Source: an uncultured Verrucomicrobiae bacterium (GTDB taxonomy: Bacteria; Verrucomicrobiota; Verrucomicrobiia; Limisphaerales; JAFGQR01). Taken from it: a stretch of 64,000 nucleotides of DNA. The translations under genes were made by a program, and so were the position numbers. Shown in pieces: positions 51,539-64,000 of the stretch (positions are counted from its first letter, which is position 1; every line of letters starts with the position of its first letter). The stretch is taken from positions 128,001 through 192,000 of the forward strand of contig CAWBHS010000057.1 in assembly GCA_963788655.1 (NCBI GenBank), in the 5' to 3' direction. Under the pieces are notes generated by a model. It was not told where the DNA came from and searched no databases. It was given only the letters and a program-made list of their open reading frames with translations.

Positions 51539-51780
51539 ATCCTAGCAATCGGTGCCCGTCCTGCCAAATTTCTTTTGGCCGGCAAATGGACCAATAGAAA
51601 AGCCGAAACCCGAAATCCGAGGCCCGAAGTTCGAAGTGCCCCGGCCCGAGAGCGTGTTGCCTGGTGGCGGATCAACATGGGAGTCGCTATCGGATTGCGG
51701 CCGTGGGTCATCGAATTTTTCCCCATTGTGTACGAGTAGAATTTTGACAGCGCGGGTTAAAACCGGTATTGCCAGAGGGC

Positions 51781-52713
51781 ATGGGTTTTCCCCGCCGATT
51801 CTTAATTGGTTTTGCTGCCCTGGCTTTGGCGCTTGGCGCTTGGCCGCTCGCCGCCGCCGAGACGTTTCGCGTGGCGACCTACAACCTCCAAAATTATCTC
51901 GATCAGAAAACCGGTACCCGGCCTTTGAAGACGGATGCCGGCAAAGCCAAAATTCGCGAAAGCCTGAAGGCCGTTCGCGCGGATGTCGTGGCGGTGCAGG
52001 AAATGGGCACCCTGAGCGCCTTCCAGGAATTGCGCCGTTCGCTGCGGACGGACGGGCTCGATTACCCGTACTGGGATTTCGTGGAGGCCTACGACACCAA
52101 CATCCACGTGGCGGTGCTGAGCCGGTTCCCCATCATTGCCCGGCGGCCGCACACGAACGATACGTTTTTGCTCATGGGACGCCGGCTCAAGGTGAGCCGG
52201 GGTGCCGCCGAGGTGGATATTCAGGTCAATGCGAATTACACGTTTACGCTGATCACCACCCATCTCAAATCCCGCCGGCCCGTGCCGGTGGCGGACCAGG
52301 CCGACATGCGCCTTGAGGAAGCTAAAATCCTGCGGGAGATCATTGACGCGCGGCTTCAGGCCAATCCGCAGATCAATCTGATCGTGCTGGGCGACTTGAA
52401 TGACACCAAAGACAGTCCCCCGGTGCGGACGGTCATCGGGCGGTACAGCAAGGCGCTGGTTGACACCCGGCCCGCGGAGCCCAATGGCGACGATGCGGTA
52501 TCACTGCGACGCGGTTACGCCCCGCCCACTGTCACTTGGACTCATTTCTACGGAAAGGAAGATACCTACAGCCGCATCGATTACATTCTGCTGAGCCGCG
52601 GCATGGCCCACGAATGGCTCACCAACCAAACCTATGTTTTGCGGCTGCCGAATTGGGGCGTCGGGTCGGATCATCGGCCCGTAGTGGCGGCGTTTGAAGG
52701 CGAGAACCAATAA
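51781..52713 (+). CDS. Secreted endonuclease/exonuclease/phosphatase (EEP) family protein
   Basis: VATYNLQN, AVQE, HLKS, LGDLND, RIDYI, SDHRPV. Confidence 0.92.
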   Translation: MGFPRRFLIGFAALALALGAWPLAAAETFRVATYNLQNYLDQKTGTRPLKTDAGKAKIRESLKAVRADVVAVQEMGTLSAFQELRRSLRTDGLDYPYWDFVEAYDTNIHVAVLSRFPIIARRPHTNDTFLLMGRRLKVSRGAAEVDIQVNANYTFTLITTHLKSRRPVPVADQADMRLEEAKILREIIDARLQANPQINLIVLGDLNDTKDSPPVRTVIGRYSKALVDTRPAEPNGDDAVSLRRGYAPPTVTWTHFYGKEDTYSRIDYILLSRGMAHEWLTNQTYVLRLPNWGVGSDHRPVVAAFEGENQ

Positions 52714-52728
52714 GTTTGAGGGGGACAG

Positions 52729-55162
<2,434 letters not shown>

Positions 55163-55329
55163 TCAGAGCTACCATTTCTTTCTTTCGTTCTTTTCGGCTT
55201 TTCAACCGCTGGTTTTTGGCCGTCTTCCGATTTCCCGCTTGCCACTGCCGGGCTGCCCGCGTAACGCTGGGTTCGATAAACGTGAGAAGTTTTTGCGAAA
55301 TCATTAGCGGTGACGGCCGGCAAATCCGG

Positions 55330-56637
55330 ATGCGCGTTTTGTTGGCCTTGGCTTGTCTGCTGGGAAGTATCGGCTGGGTACCGGCCGCAATCCCCGCTGC
55401 CCCGAACTATCGTCTCGGAGATATTGCCCGCGAGACGGTTACCACGCCCGTCCGCCTGGTGGTCACCAACGCCACCGAGAGGGAACGCTTGCGGCGGCTC
55501 GAAGCGCGAAAAACTCCGCCGGTGTTTCGCTATTGTCCGGAGGGCAACACCTCAGCCGTGGAGCAATTCCGCGCGGCCTTCGCCGAATACCGCCAACGTT
55601 TCCGCACCAATTGGATCGCGGCCAGCCAGGGCCGTCCGTTTACTGCCCACGACCTGGCGCATCCTACGGTGGCCCAGTTTGTCCAATGGTATAAAAAATG
55701 GAATCCGGCGTTTCCCCTCTCCAGCAATCTGGTCCGGGCGTGGATTCTGGGAGAATCCGACCAGGCCATTGAGAATGCCATGCAGAACTCTTTGCGCTCA
55801 GCGTTGCGGTTGCACCTCTGTGCGAATAACGTGTCCCTGGATAACGGCGTGCCGGCGGTGCGGTTGGTGCGGGTCAAAAGCCTGGCCGAAACGGTCGATT
55901 TGCCAGCGATTGAACGGCGCAGCCAGCTCGTGAACCGTTCCTCACTGCTGACGGTCGCCCAAGCGCGCAACACTCTGATCGCGAGCAGTCCGGCGGACCA
56001 GAAAGACACAGTGCGATTTCTCGGCTACTTCCTGCGGGAAAACTGCGTGCCCGCCCCGGACCTGACCACCCGCTTGCAAGATCAGCGTGCCGCCAGCGCC
56101 GCCACGGTGCAAACCTATCGCGCCGGGCAAGCCGTAGTGCAGGCGGGCCAGGCGATTGACGCCAAAGCATTGGCCGCCCTCCAGGCGCTGGAATCGATGC
56201 CCGAGCATGAACCGGGAGTCACACCCGCCACCGCATCTGCCATCGGCGAACCCCTCGGGTCGGTGCCCGCCGTGCGGTGGAGTTGGTTGAAGGTCACCCA
56301 GCGGCGGCACCTCTGGTGGCTGGTGGTTTTGGTGGCCGGACTAGGGGTCTTGTTTTGGTTCTTCAAGCAACGGAAACGCGGGCGCTCCGTCCGGACGCGC
56401 TATATCGGCAGCGCCGGAAGTTTCACGGTCATGGGAGATGCGCCGCGTAACGAAACGGTGTTGCTGCCCTTGCGTCGCCTGCAACCTTCGGCGGCTGCGA
56501 AATCGCCGTCCGCCCGATCGTTGAATTCTGAAAGGCACAACGCAGAAATGGAAGCCGAGCTGGCGGGGGATCATGACGAGCCAAGGCAGACCCAATTCCC
56601 GTTGGATGGCGATGCCCAGGAGCTGCCGCCAGCCTGA
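55330..56637 (+). CDS. Secreted single-TM protein resembling the extracellular domain of 7TM-HD receptors
   Basis: NYRLGDIARETVTTP, PPVFRY, AGQAVVQAGQAID, then one TM and a low-complexity tail. Confidence 0.6.
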   Translation: MRVLLALACLLGSIGWVPAAIPAAPNYRLGDIARETVTTPVRLVVTNATERERLRRLEARKTPPVFRYCPEGNTSAVEQFRAAFAEYRQRFRTNWIAASQGRPFTAHDLAHPTVAQFVQWYKKWNPAFPLSSNLVRAWILGESDQAIENAMQNSLRSALRLHLCANNVSLDNGVPAVRLVRVKSLAETVDLPAIERRSQLVNRSSLLTVAQARNTLIASSPADQKDTVRFLGYFLRENCVPAPDLTTRLQDQRAASAATVQTYRAGQAVVQAGQAIDAKALAALQALESMPEHEPGVTPATASAIGEPLGSVPAVRWSWLKVTQRRHLWWLVVLVAGLGVLFWFFKQRKRGRSVRTRYIGSAGSFTVMGDAPRNETVLLPLRRLQPSAAAKSPSARSLNSERHNAEMEAELAGDHDEPRQTQFPLDGDAQELPPA

Positions 56638-56657
56638 CGTGCATTCCGAACGGCATC

Positions 56658-56738
56658 GTAGCAGCCGTATCAGGCAACGAGGCTCATTCTTTCCTCGAAA
56701 TTCACCCGCGGTCAGCGCCTGCTGACGTCGGCTGCCAC
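56658..56738. repeat. REP pair (GTAGCAGCCG...CGGCTGCCAC family)
   Basis: GTAGCAGCCGTATCAGGCA ... CCTGCTGACGTCGGCTGCCAC. Confidence 0.6.
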
Positions 56739-56982
56739 ATTATTAACGGATTGCCAACTCGGTCCCGCCCGGTCCGTTCAAGCCGACGCCGGCGAAACAA
56801 TCGCCCGCTTACCCGGTCCAATGGTTGCAGGTTCGGTGCGGCACGCGGGTTAGTGATCATTTGGCGGCCGAAGCTGCCGGACGCTCATGGGGCTTTGGCA
56901 GATGGATGAAGCTTTGCCGTTGCACGAAATGCATGAGTGACCTATAAACGGTCCATATTCGAAATCAGTGAATACGCCAGTG

Positions 56983-59217
56983 ATGGAGCCTATTCAACAG
57001 ATCGCCGGATGGGAGATGCCGGGTTGGCCGTGCGCACAGCGGCGCGGGGTTACTACTATTCGTGCCTGGCTGATGGCGTCAATCCTGAGCCTGATCTTGC
57101 TGCCCTTGGCGCAGGCCGCGCCGCAACGGTTTGACGTGTTCGATGTGTTCATCGGCTACGACGGCCTGGTGCCGGAAGGCAGTTGGTTTCCGGTGGTGTG
57201 TGAAATCGAAAACAAGGGACCTTCCTTCAACGCGGTGTTCGAGTTGAGCGAACGGTATGAGGATCAGACCCGGCAAATGCCCATTGAATTGCCCACCGGC
57301 ACTCGCAAGCGATTCGTGATGCCGGTATTTTCGGCCAACCGGAACAACCGCCAATGGGAAGCCCGGTTGCTGGACGACCGCGGACGGCATCGGGCCGACG
57401 GTTTGGTGCGCCAGGTACGCCGGCAATATTCCGGTAATCTCCCGTTGGTCGGCGCCGTCAGCCGGACGGCGAATGGCCGGCCGGTCTTTCCCACCGTCAA
57501 GGATCAAAACCGCCGGGAGGTGCAGGTGGAGGCCGCGCGGTTGCTGCCCGAACTGTTCCCGGATAATCCCATCGCCCTGGAAGGACTCGATACGTTGTAC
57601 CTGAGCACGGCCCAGGCAACCGAAGACCGGTTGCGGGTCAATCAGGTGAATGCCTTGTTGGCGTGGTTGAATGCCGGCGGGCACCTGATTGTCGGGGTCG
57701 AGCAACTGGCACAAATCAACGGCGCGCCGTGGTTGCGCCAGATGCTGCCCGTGGATTTTAGCCAAACCACCAGTCTCACCAACCATTCCGCGCTTCAGGA
57801 CTGGCTGGTCAGCAACCGGCGCATCGATGGGAGGCAATATCAATACTCCCAAAACAACACGTCGGCCAGCAATTCGCGCGTCCGTAACAACCAACGGACA
57901 ACCATGGATCCGTTCAGCGATCTCCCCCGCGAGGCGGCGTTTGAAGACATGCCGTTGAGCATTGCCACCGGCAAACTGTTTGACGGCCAAGTGGTGGTGG
58001 GCACGGAGACGGCCCCCCTGGTAATCACTGCCCGCCGGGGCCGGGGGCAGATCACGGTGCTGACGTTCAGTCCCGAGCTGGAACCGTTTCTTTCCTGGAC
58101 CAACCGGCCGTACTTCTGGAGCAAGCTGGCCAATCTGCCGCTCGAAGTCATCCCGCCGAACGTCATGCCCAACTGGTATGCGAATTACAGCATCGACGGC
58201 GTGTTTGGCGCGATGATCGAGAGCCGCCAGGTGCGCAAGCTGCCGGTCGGCTGGCTGCTGCTGTTGTTACTGGGTTACCTGGTGGTCATTGGCCCGCTGG
58301 ACCGGTATTGGCTCAAGAAGATCAACCGGCAAATGCTCACGTGGATCACGTTTCCCGGTTACGTGGTGTTCTTCTCGCTGCTGATTTATTACATCGGTTA
58401 CAAGTTGCGCGCCGGCGAATCGGAATGGAACGAGTTGAACGTGGTGGACGTGCTGCCGCAGCGGACGCAGGCGCAATTGCACGGTCGGACGTTCGCTTCG
58501 ATCTATTCGCCGGCCAATGCCCGGTATCCACTGGCGTGCGACCTGCCCTTTGCTTCGCTGCGGGGTGAATTGCTACGACGCAGCCAGGGTGGCCGGGAAG
58601 CCACGCGCGCCAATGTGCGGCAGCGGGGTAACAATTTTGTGGCCGAGATTTTTGTGCCGGTCTGGACCAGCCAGCTTTACGTGAACAATTGGTGGGACCA
58701 GGCGTCCTTGCCGCTGAACGTGCAGGTACACCGTCAGAACAACGGCTATGAAGTGCGCGTGGAAAACCGGCAGAACCGTCCGCTGACCGAAGCGCGCTTG
58801 GTCGTGGCGGGGAAGGTGTTCGCTCTGGGAGCGGTGCCCGCCGGTCAGACCCGCACGATTGCGGTCACTCAAAACGGCACCGCGCTGGCCAGTTTCGTGC
58901 GCAATGAAGGCAATCGTTTTCGCGAAGCCATCAATCGCCGCCAGCGGGCCTTCGGTGAGAATCTCATGCAGTTCCCGAATCCGGCGGCCAGCAGCATGGC
59001 GGCCTGCTTTATTTCGGAGCTGGATGATCGCAACCAGTCGTACAATTCGTTCATGAGCCCGCCCGGCTTCGACTTGTCGCGGTTGGTCGAGCGGGGCGAT
59101 GCGGTGGTGCTGGCGTGGACCGCCGATTACGCACCGGTGAAACCGTTTCGCCAGTTTTCACCACGCCGCGACAGCCACAACACGTTATGGCGGATGGCCT
59201 GTGAGGTGCAACCATGA
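56983..59217 (+). CDS. Large membrane protein accompanying the ABC module (glutamine-amidotransferase-like domain, central TM pair)
   Basis: WFPVVCEIEN, WLNAGGHLIV, YLVVIGPLDRYWLKK..TWITFP. Confidence 0.75.
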   Translation: MEPIQQIAGWEMPGWPCAQRRGVTTIRAWLMASILSLILLPLAQAAPQRFDVFDVFIGYDGLVPEGSWFPVVCEIENKGPSFNAVFELSERYEDQTRQMPIELPTGTRKRFVMPVFSANRNNRQWEARLLDDRGRHRADGLVRQVRRQYSGNLPLVGAVSRTANGRPVFPTVKDQNRREVQVEAARLLPELFPDNPIALEGLDTLYLSTAQATEDRLRVNQVNALLAWLNAGGHLIVGVEQLAQINGAPWLRQMLPVDFSQTTSLTNHSALQDWLVSNRRIDGRQYQYSQNNTSASNSRVRNNQRTTMDPFSDLPREAAFEDMPLSIATGKLFDGQVVVGTETAPLVITARRGRGQITVLTFSPELEPFLSWTNRPYFWSKLANLPLEVIPPNVMPNWYANYSIDGVFGAMIESRQVRKLPVGWLLLLLLGYLVVIGPLDRYWLKKINRQMLTWITFPGYVVFFSLLIYYIGYKLRAGESEWNELNVVDVLPQRTQAQLHGRTFASIYSPANARYPLACDLPFASLRGELLRRSQGGREATRANVRQRGNNFVAEIFVPVWTSQLYVNNWWDQASLPLNVQVHRQNNGYEVRVENRQNRPLTEARLVVAGKVFALGAVPAGQTRTIAVTQNGTALASFVRNEGNRFREAINRRQRAFGENLMQFPNPAASSMAACFISELDDRNQSYNSFMSPPGFDLSRLVERGDAVVLAWTADYAPVKPFRQFSPRRDSHNTLWRMACEVQP

Positions 59218-59267
59218 GCCCGGAACGGAATGGCTTGCGAATCGAACTTGAAGAAAGAATCTAGCCT

Positions 59268-60221
59268 ATGTCCACTGATGCCCCTCCCATTCCAGCCGTC
59301 CAAACCATCGGCCTGACGCGCACCTTTGGCAGCTTGACGGCGTTGAATGCGCTCGACATGACGGTGTTGCGCGGCGACCTGTTCGGCTTCATCGGATCCA
59401 ACGGCGCCGGCAAGACCACCACCCTGCGCATCCTGGCGACCTTTCTCACGCCCTCATCCGGCACCGCCCAAATCATCGGACACGACGTCGTGCGGGATGC
59501 CGATGCGGTCCGGCATGTCATCGGTTACATGCCGGATTTCTTTGGCGTGTACAAGGACATGGAGGTGACCGAGTACCTGGATTTCTTTGGCGCGTGTTAC
59601 AAGATCCCCACCGCCCAGCGCGAGAAAACGGTGAACGACGTGCTGGAGTTGGTCGGGCTCAGCGAAAAGAAAGGCGCGCTCATCGGTGCGCTCAGCCGCG
59701 GCATGCAGCAACGATTGGGATTGGCGCGGGTGTTGATTCACGACCCGCAGTTGTTGTTGCTCGATGAGCCGGCCAGCGGACTCGATCCGCGCGCGCGCAT
59801 CGAGGTGATGGCGATTCTCCAGGAACTGCAACGGATGGGCAAAACCATCATCATTTCCTCCCATATCCTGAGCGAACTGCAAACCCTGTGCAACCGGGTG
59901 GCGATTATCGAACGCGGCCAATTGATTTACAGTGGCCCGGTGCAAGGCGTGCGCGAACAAATGTCCACCGGCCGGGTGGTCTGGGTGAAGGTGTCCAGCG
60001 ATCGCGATCAAGCGATCGAGTTGCTGCGCGGCCATCCGTCCGTGGCCGAAGTCACCGCGGTGGACAGTCAGATCAAAGTGACGCTGGTCAATCATGACAT
60101 TGACCACAGCATCGTGGCTGAACGTTTGGTGCAAGGTGGGGCCCGGTTGATCGCCTTGCGCGAAGACGAAATGGGCCTGGAAGAAGTGTTCCTGCGCGTG
60201 ACGCGGGGGGATACGCAGTGA
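59268..60221 (+). CDS. ABC transporter ATP-binding protein
   Basis: GSNGAGKTT, LSRGMQQR, LLLDEP, ISSH. Confidence 0.95.
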   Translation: MSTDAPPIPAVQTIGLTRTFGSLTALNALDMTVLRGDLFGFIGSNGAGKTTTLRILATFLTPSSGTAQIIGHDVVRDADAVRHVIGYMPDFFGVYKDMEVTEYLDFFGACYKIPTAQREKTVNDVLELVGLSEKKGALIGALSRGMQQRLGLARVLIHDPQLLLLDEPASGLDPRARIEVMAILQELQRMGKTIIISSHILSELQTLCNRVAIIERGQLIYSGPVQGVREQMSTGRVVWVKVSSDRDQAIELLRGHPSVAEVTAVDSQIKVTLVNHDIDHSIVAERLVQGGARLIALREDEMGLEEVFLRVTRGDTQ

Positions 60222-60480
60222 AGCGTGAAGGGTGAAGCGTGATGGGGGGATGCGCGGTGATTCTTGGAGGGTTAAAGGGGCGAGGGGCGGCGCGGAAGCG
60301 TTGGTGCTTTGAAAGGTCAAGAATTGACGTGAGTGAACCACCGTGAAAAAGGATATTCCCGACCAACCAACTGCTCGACGTTTCAACGTGCGGTCCAACA
60401 GCAGCCCGTTCACACCTCAGCACGCTTCACGCTTCAACCGACCACGCTTCACACTTCAACTCATCACCCTTCATCCCTTT
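60218..60480. repeat. Inverted GTGAAGC/GCTTCAC heptamer arrays
   Basis: gtgaagc gtgaagg gtgaagc at 60218 faces cacgcttcacgcttcaac...cacgcttcacacttc at 60421-60460. Confidence 0.7.
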
Positions 60481-60488
60481 AACCTCCC

Positions 60489-62306
60489 ATGACCGTTTGG
60501 CCTGTCATTGTCCGTGAACTACGGGCTGAAGCGCGGCGGCCTTTCAACTATTGGCTGCGCTTGCTGGGCGCGGGCGCGTTGCTGTTGGCGGCAGCCGGTA
60601 CGGACATGCAGTATCTCGGCCGGTCCCAGCAGGGCCTGGTGTTGTTCCAGAACCTGCAACAGATGTTGCTGATCGCCATCTGGGTGCTGGTGCCGCTGGT
60701 GACCGCGGATTGCATCAGTCGCGAACGGCGCGAAGGCACGCTCGGTTTGTTGTTTCTCACCCCGCTGCGAGCGCACGACATCGTGGCGGCCAAAAGTATT
60801 GTACAAGCGTTGCGCGCGTTGACCGCCTGCGTCGCGGTGCTGCCCGTCCAGGTGCTTCCCTTTTTGATGGGTGGCGTAACCTGGCAGGAAGCAGTCCTGG
60901 CTGTACTCATCAATTTAAACTCCTTTTTCCTGGCGCTGGCGGCGGGTATCTTGGCGTCGTCGTTCGCCCGGGTTTTTCACCGTGCCCTCGTTCTCGCCGC
61001 CGCGCTGGCCTTTTTATTTTTTCTGCTCTTCATATTCATTAATGGCCAAGTAATGGTGGCTGTGCTGCGGCCTTTTTTGGCGACCCCTAGCCTCATGATG
61101 TTCCCAAAGGAAAGGGGACTTCTCTTTTCCCTCTTGCTTGGGATGGAATCACTAAGTCAGTCAGGTCGAACGTTCTGGCCGGGCCCAACTTCGGCCAATT
61201 TGTTGCGATCTTTCCCCATAGCAACCGCCGTCGGTTTCCTGGTGTTGCTTGGCGTCGTGATGATCGCCGCGTTGCGCCTCCGTAAGTCTTGGCAGGAGAA
61301 ACCGCCCTCTGTCTGGCAACGCTGGTCGCGGGAACAATTCTGCACCCCCCTGCCCCGGCTGACGTTTTATCACGGCTGGCTGCGCCGGCACCTCGAACGC
61401 AACCCGGTTGGCTGGCTGGAACAACGCACCTGGCAAGGCCGGTTGGCCGTGTGGGGATGGGTGGCGGCAATCCTGTGCTGGTGGTGGCTGGCTTTGTCAG
61501 GCAATCGCTATTTCTCGACGGGCTTTAGCGAGGTGGAGCGGTTCCTGGGATCGATTCTGCTATTCAGTATGGGCATCACCAGCGCCATCAGTTTCTGGCG
61601 GGACCGCGAGAAAGGCACCCTGGAATTGATGCTGGTCACCCCACTGAGCGAACGGCGTATTATCTGGGGACGCCTCCGGGCGATCTGGGGCCGTTACTTA
61701 CCAGCGGTCCTGTTGTTCATCGGTTTGTGGGCCTTCGTCACCAGGTTCCGATCGGTGGCCAAACCGGATTACTTTTGGATCAGCTATTTCGCGCTGCTGT
61801 GCGCAACGTTGCCGGTGGTGGGCCTGTTTTTCTCCCTGCACTGCCGGAATCTGCTCGTGTCCGGAGGATTGACTTTGCTGGTGGGATTGGTGCTGCCCAA
61901 GGTGGCGGTGTTTGTGGTCCCCTATGCTTGGTCGCGGTTGGCGTGGTGGGTCAATCTGGTGGTCGAGGCCGCGCTGATCGGCGGGCTGGTCGTGGTATGG
62001 AAACGGCGGGCGTATGTTTGGGCCGGTGGCCTCGCGCTCGGAGCCTTGCTCTGGTTTCTTTGGGCCGTAGGGCCGGAACTGAGTCTGGCGCCCTCCCGGC
62101 TGACCGGCGCCCTGGCCAAAACGAGCCGCCTGTTTTTCTTTGTTCTCGCGCCGGACAATTGGGAACGGCGCTACGGAATGCTCTCCGCTGCCAGCCGGCT
62201 CTACACCCTCATGGGATTGCAGTTGGTCATCGCCACCGTATTGGCCTGGCGCATCCACCGCAACCTGGCCACCCGCCGGTTTGGTATGCTCCGGGTGAAG
62301 GGGTGA
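60489..62306 (+). CDS. ABC-2 type permease (internally duplicated)
   Basis: PVIVRELR; ISRERREGTLGLLFLTPL and FWRDREKGTLELMLVTPL; many TM segments. Confidence 0.88.
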   Translation: MTVWPVIVRELRAEARRPFNYWLRLLGAGALLLAAAGTDMQYLGRSQQGLVLFQNLQQMLLIAIWVLVPLVTADCISRERREGTLGLLFLTPLRAHDIVAAKSIVQALRALTACVAVLPVQVLPFLMGGVTWQEAVLAVLINLNSFFLALAAGILASSFARVFHRALVLAAALAFLFFLLFIFINGQVMVAVLRPFLATPSLMMFPKERGLLFSLLLGMESLSQSGRTFWPGPTSANLLRSFPIATAVGFLVLLGVVMIAALRLRKSWQEKPPSVWQRWSREQFCTPLPRLTFYHGWLRRHLERNPVGWLEQRTWQGRLAVWGWVAAILCWWWLALSGNRYFSTGFSEVERFLGSILLFSMGITSAISFWRDREKGTLELMLVTPLSERRIIWGRLRAIWGRYLPAVLLFIGLWAFVTRFRSVAKPDYFWISYFALLCATLPVVGLFFSLHCRNLLVSGGLTLLVGLVLPKVAVFVVPYAWSRLAWWVNLVVEAALIGGLVVVWKRRAYVWAGGLALGALLWFLWAVGPELSLAPSRLTGALAKTSRLFFFVLAPDNWERRYGMLSAASRLYTLMGLQLVIATVLAWRIHRNLATRRFGMLRVKG

Positions 62307-62415
62307 CCGCCCGCGCCGGACTCTTCCGCCTTAAACCTTGAAGATTAAGGTTTACAAATGCCGTTCGTTAGCTATGGTCGCGATAGTAACTCAAAGGCAC
62401 AACGGCAACATCCCA

Positions 62416-64000
62416 ATGAAGACCAACGACGCAGCACTCCCGGCGGTCAGGGCGCCCGGCGGCCAGCGGCCGGAAGTCCGCCCAGCGTTACGGATCGTGC
62501 TGACCTACTTGGTGTTTGCAGCGCTGTGGATCTATTTGTCCGGGTGGGGATTGAGCCATCTGACGGCCGATCCCGAGGTCATGAACCGCTGGGAAACTTA
62601 CAAGGGTTGGGCGTTTGTCACGGTAACGGCCGCGCTGTTGTATTACTTGCTGAACCGCACGTTGGCACGGATTCGCCAGGCCCAATCCTCCCTCGAACAA
62701 AGCGAAACCCGGCTGCGGCTGGCGCTGGCTTCGGCCCATCAGGGACTTTACGACTTCAACCTCCCCACCGGCGAGGCGGTCACCAACGAGGAGTATGCCT
62801 TGATGTTGGGCTACTGTCCGGACGATTTTCGCGAGACCATCGACCGGTGGATGGATCGATTGCATCCCGACGATCATGCCCGTGTGACGGCCGCCTTCCA
62901 GGAGTGTGTGGCCGGGCGAATTGAGGAATATCGCCTCGAGTTTCGACACCGGACCCGCGAGGGCGACTGGAAATGGATCCTGTGCCTGGGGCGGGCAGTC
63001 GCCCGCGACGACCAAAGCCAGGCGCTACGCCTGTTGGGGACGCATACGGACATCACCCCTCAGAAGCAAGCCGAGTATCGTGTCCGCAAACTCAACCATC
63101 TCCATGAGGTCTTACGACTAACCAACGAAACCATCGAACGTCATGGTGACCGCGACACCCTCTTCCGGGAAACATGCGGGAATGCGGTGAAACACGGCGC
63201 GCTGCAGATGGCGTGGATTGGCACCATCGATCCCCTCCATAACCAACTGGTGCCCGTGGCCGCATGCGGGATACCGGCAGAGTACCGGGCCGAATTGACG
63301 ATGCCCATGGACACGTCGGCATCCGCCCACCACAATCCGCTCGGGCAGGCATTGCACCAGGGAACCCATTATGTCTGTCAGGAGCTCAAAGATACTGCCT
63401 CCCGAGATCCCTGGTGCATCGCGGCACTTCAGGCCGGATGCCACTCGGCCGCGGCGTTTCCGTTGAAACAGAAAGGTTTGGTATTGGGGGCGCTTTGCCT
63501 GCTGGCCACCGAGGCGGACTTTTTTGACCACGAAGCCACCGCGTTGCTCGACGAAATGGCGCGGGATGTTTCCTTGGCCTTGGACAATCTGGAAGTCGAA
63601 GCCCAACGGACGCAGGCACTGGCGGCCTTGCAAGCAAGCGAGGCCAAGTTTCGGCGCATTGTGGAAACGGCCAACGAAGGCATCTGCCTGCTGGACGAAC
63701 ACTTTGAACTTACCTTTGTAAATCGCCGCATGGCAGAAATGCTGGGTTACACCGAAGCGGAAATTCTCCATCACCCCGCCGAAGAATTCCTGTTACCCGA
63801 AGAGCTGCGGGACCATCAAGCTCAGATTGCGGCCCGCCGCCAAGGGGCGAGCGGACACTACGAACGCCGCTTGCGCCGGAAGGATGGCGCGACGGTGTGG
63901 GCGTTGATTTCGGCGACCCCGATTCGGGATGAGCGACAGGAATTCCGCGGTTCGTTCGCCATGTTGACGGACATCACCCAACGCAAACAGGCTCTGGACG
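62416..64000 (+). CDS. Membrane sensor protein with PAS, GAF and PAS domains (likely histidine kinase or cyclase); runs off the right edge
   Basis: Open frame MKTNDAAL..., 2 TM (WIYLS..YKGWAFV), PAS (LHPDD..GTHTDIT), GAF (MAWIG..AAFPL), PAS (ETANEGI..MLTDIT). Confidence 0.88.
   Translation, partial: MKTNDAALPAVRAPGGQRPEVRPALRIVLTYLVFAALWIYLSGWGLSHLTADPEVMNRWETYKGWAFVTVTAALLYYLLNRTLARIRQAQSSLEQSETRLRLALASAHQGLYDFNLPTGEAVTNEEYALMLGYCPDDFRETIDRWMDRLHPDDHARVTAAFQECVAGRIEEYRLEFRHRTREGDWKWILCLGRAVARDDQSQALRLLGTHTDITPQKQAEYRVRKLNHLHEVLRLTNETIERHGDRDTLFRETCGNAVKHGALQMAWIGTIDPLHNQLVPVAACGIPAEYRAELTMPMDTSASAHHNPLGQALHQGTHYVCQELKDTASRDPWCIAALQAGCHSAAAFPLKQKGLVLGALCLLATEADFFDHEATALLDEMARDVSLALDNLEVEAQRTQALAALQASEAKFRRIVETANEGICLLDEHFELTFVNRRMAEMLGYTEAEILHHPAEEFLLPEELRDHQAQIAARRQGASGHYERRLRRKDGATVWALISATPIRDERQEFRGSFAMLTDITQRKQALD

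Noticed and set aside
50341..51780. Zur box for the zinc-sparing block
   Set aside because: No convincing AT-rich palindrome upstream of dksA or folE2.

Overview
GC-rich bacterial chromosomal segment. Its gene families (H-X9-DG pseudopilin-like domains, a C-terminal ...FYRV domain on a secreted protease, 7-mer intergenic repeats, Cys-poor L33/S18/DksA) point to Verrucomicrobiota, probably Pedosphaerales/Limisphaerales; this is inference. About 50 CDS, left to right: a putative sigma54 stress block (3x PRC-barrel protein, DUF362, DUF4396, DUF892); a VOC/DoxX/SRPBCC cluster; metF; PhoD; a Tat-signal DegT aminotransferase with a beta-propeller partner; a subtilase; nrdJ with tandem NrdR boxes; a DASS transporter; uvrD/pcrA, rmuC, ridA; an AT-richer ABC-ATPase + DUF4276 TOPRIM pair (candidate anti-phage system); rph-prmA; a ZIP/rpsR/rpmG/dksA/folE2 block; ligA; an ABC export module; a PAS/GAF sensor. 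Intergenic DNA holds several REP/REPIN families, heptamer arrays and decayed fragments (HsdS, IS630, pseudopilin-like). Many genes carry single-base indels, and several look like merged synonymous codons, i.e. consensus artefacts rather than biology. No rRNA, tRNA or CRISPR array seen. All family calls come from motif recognition, not database searches.
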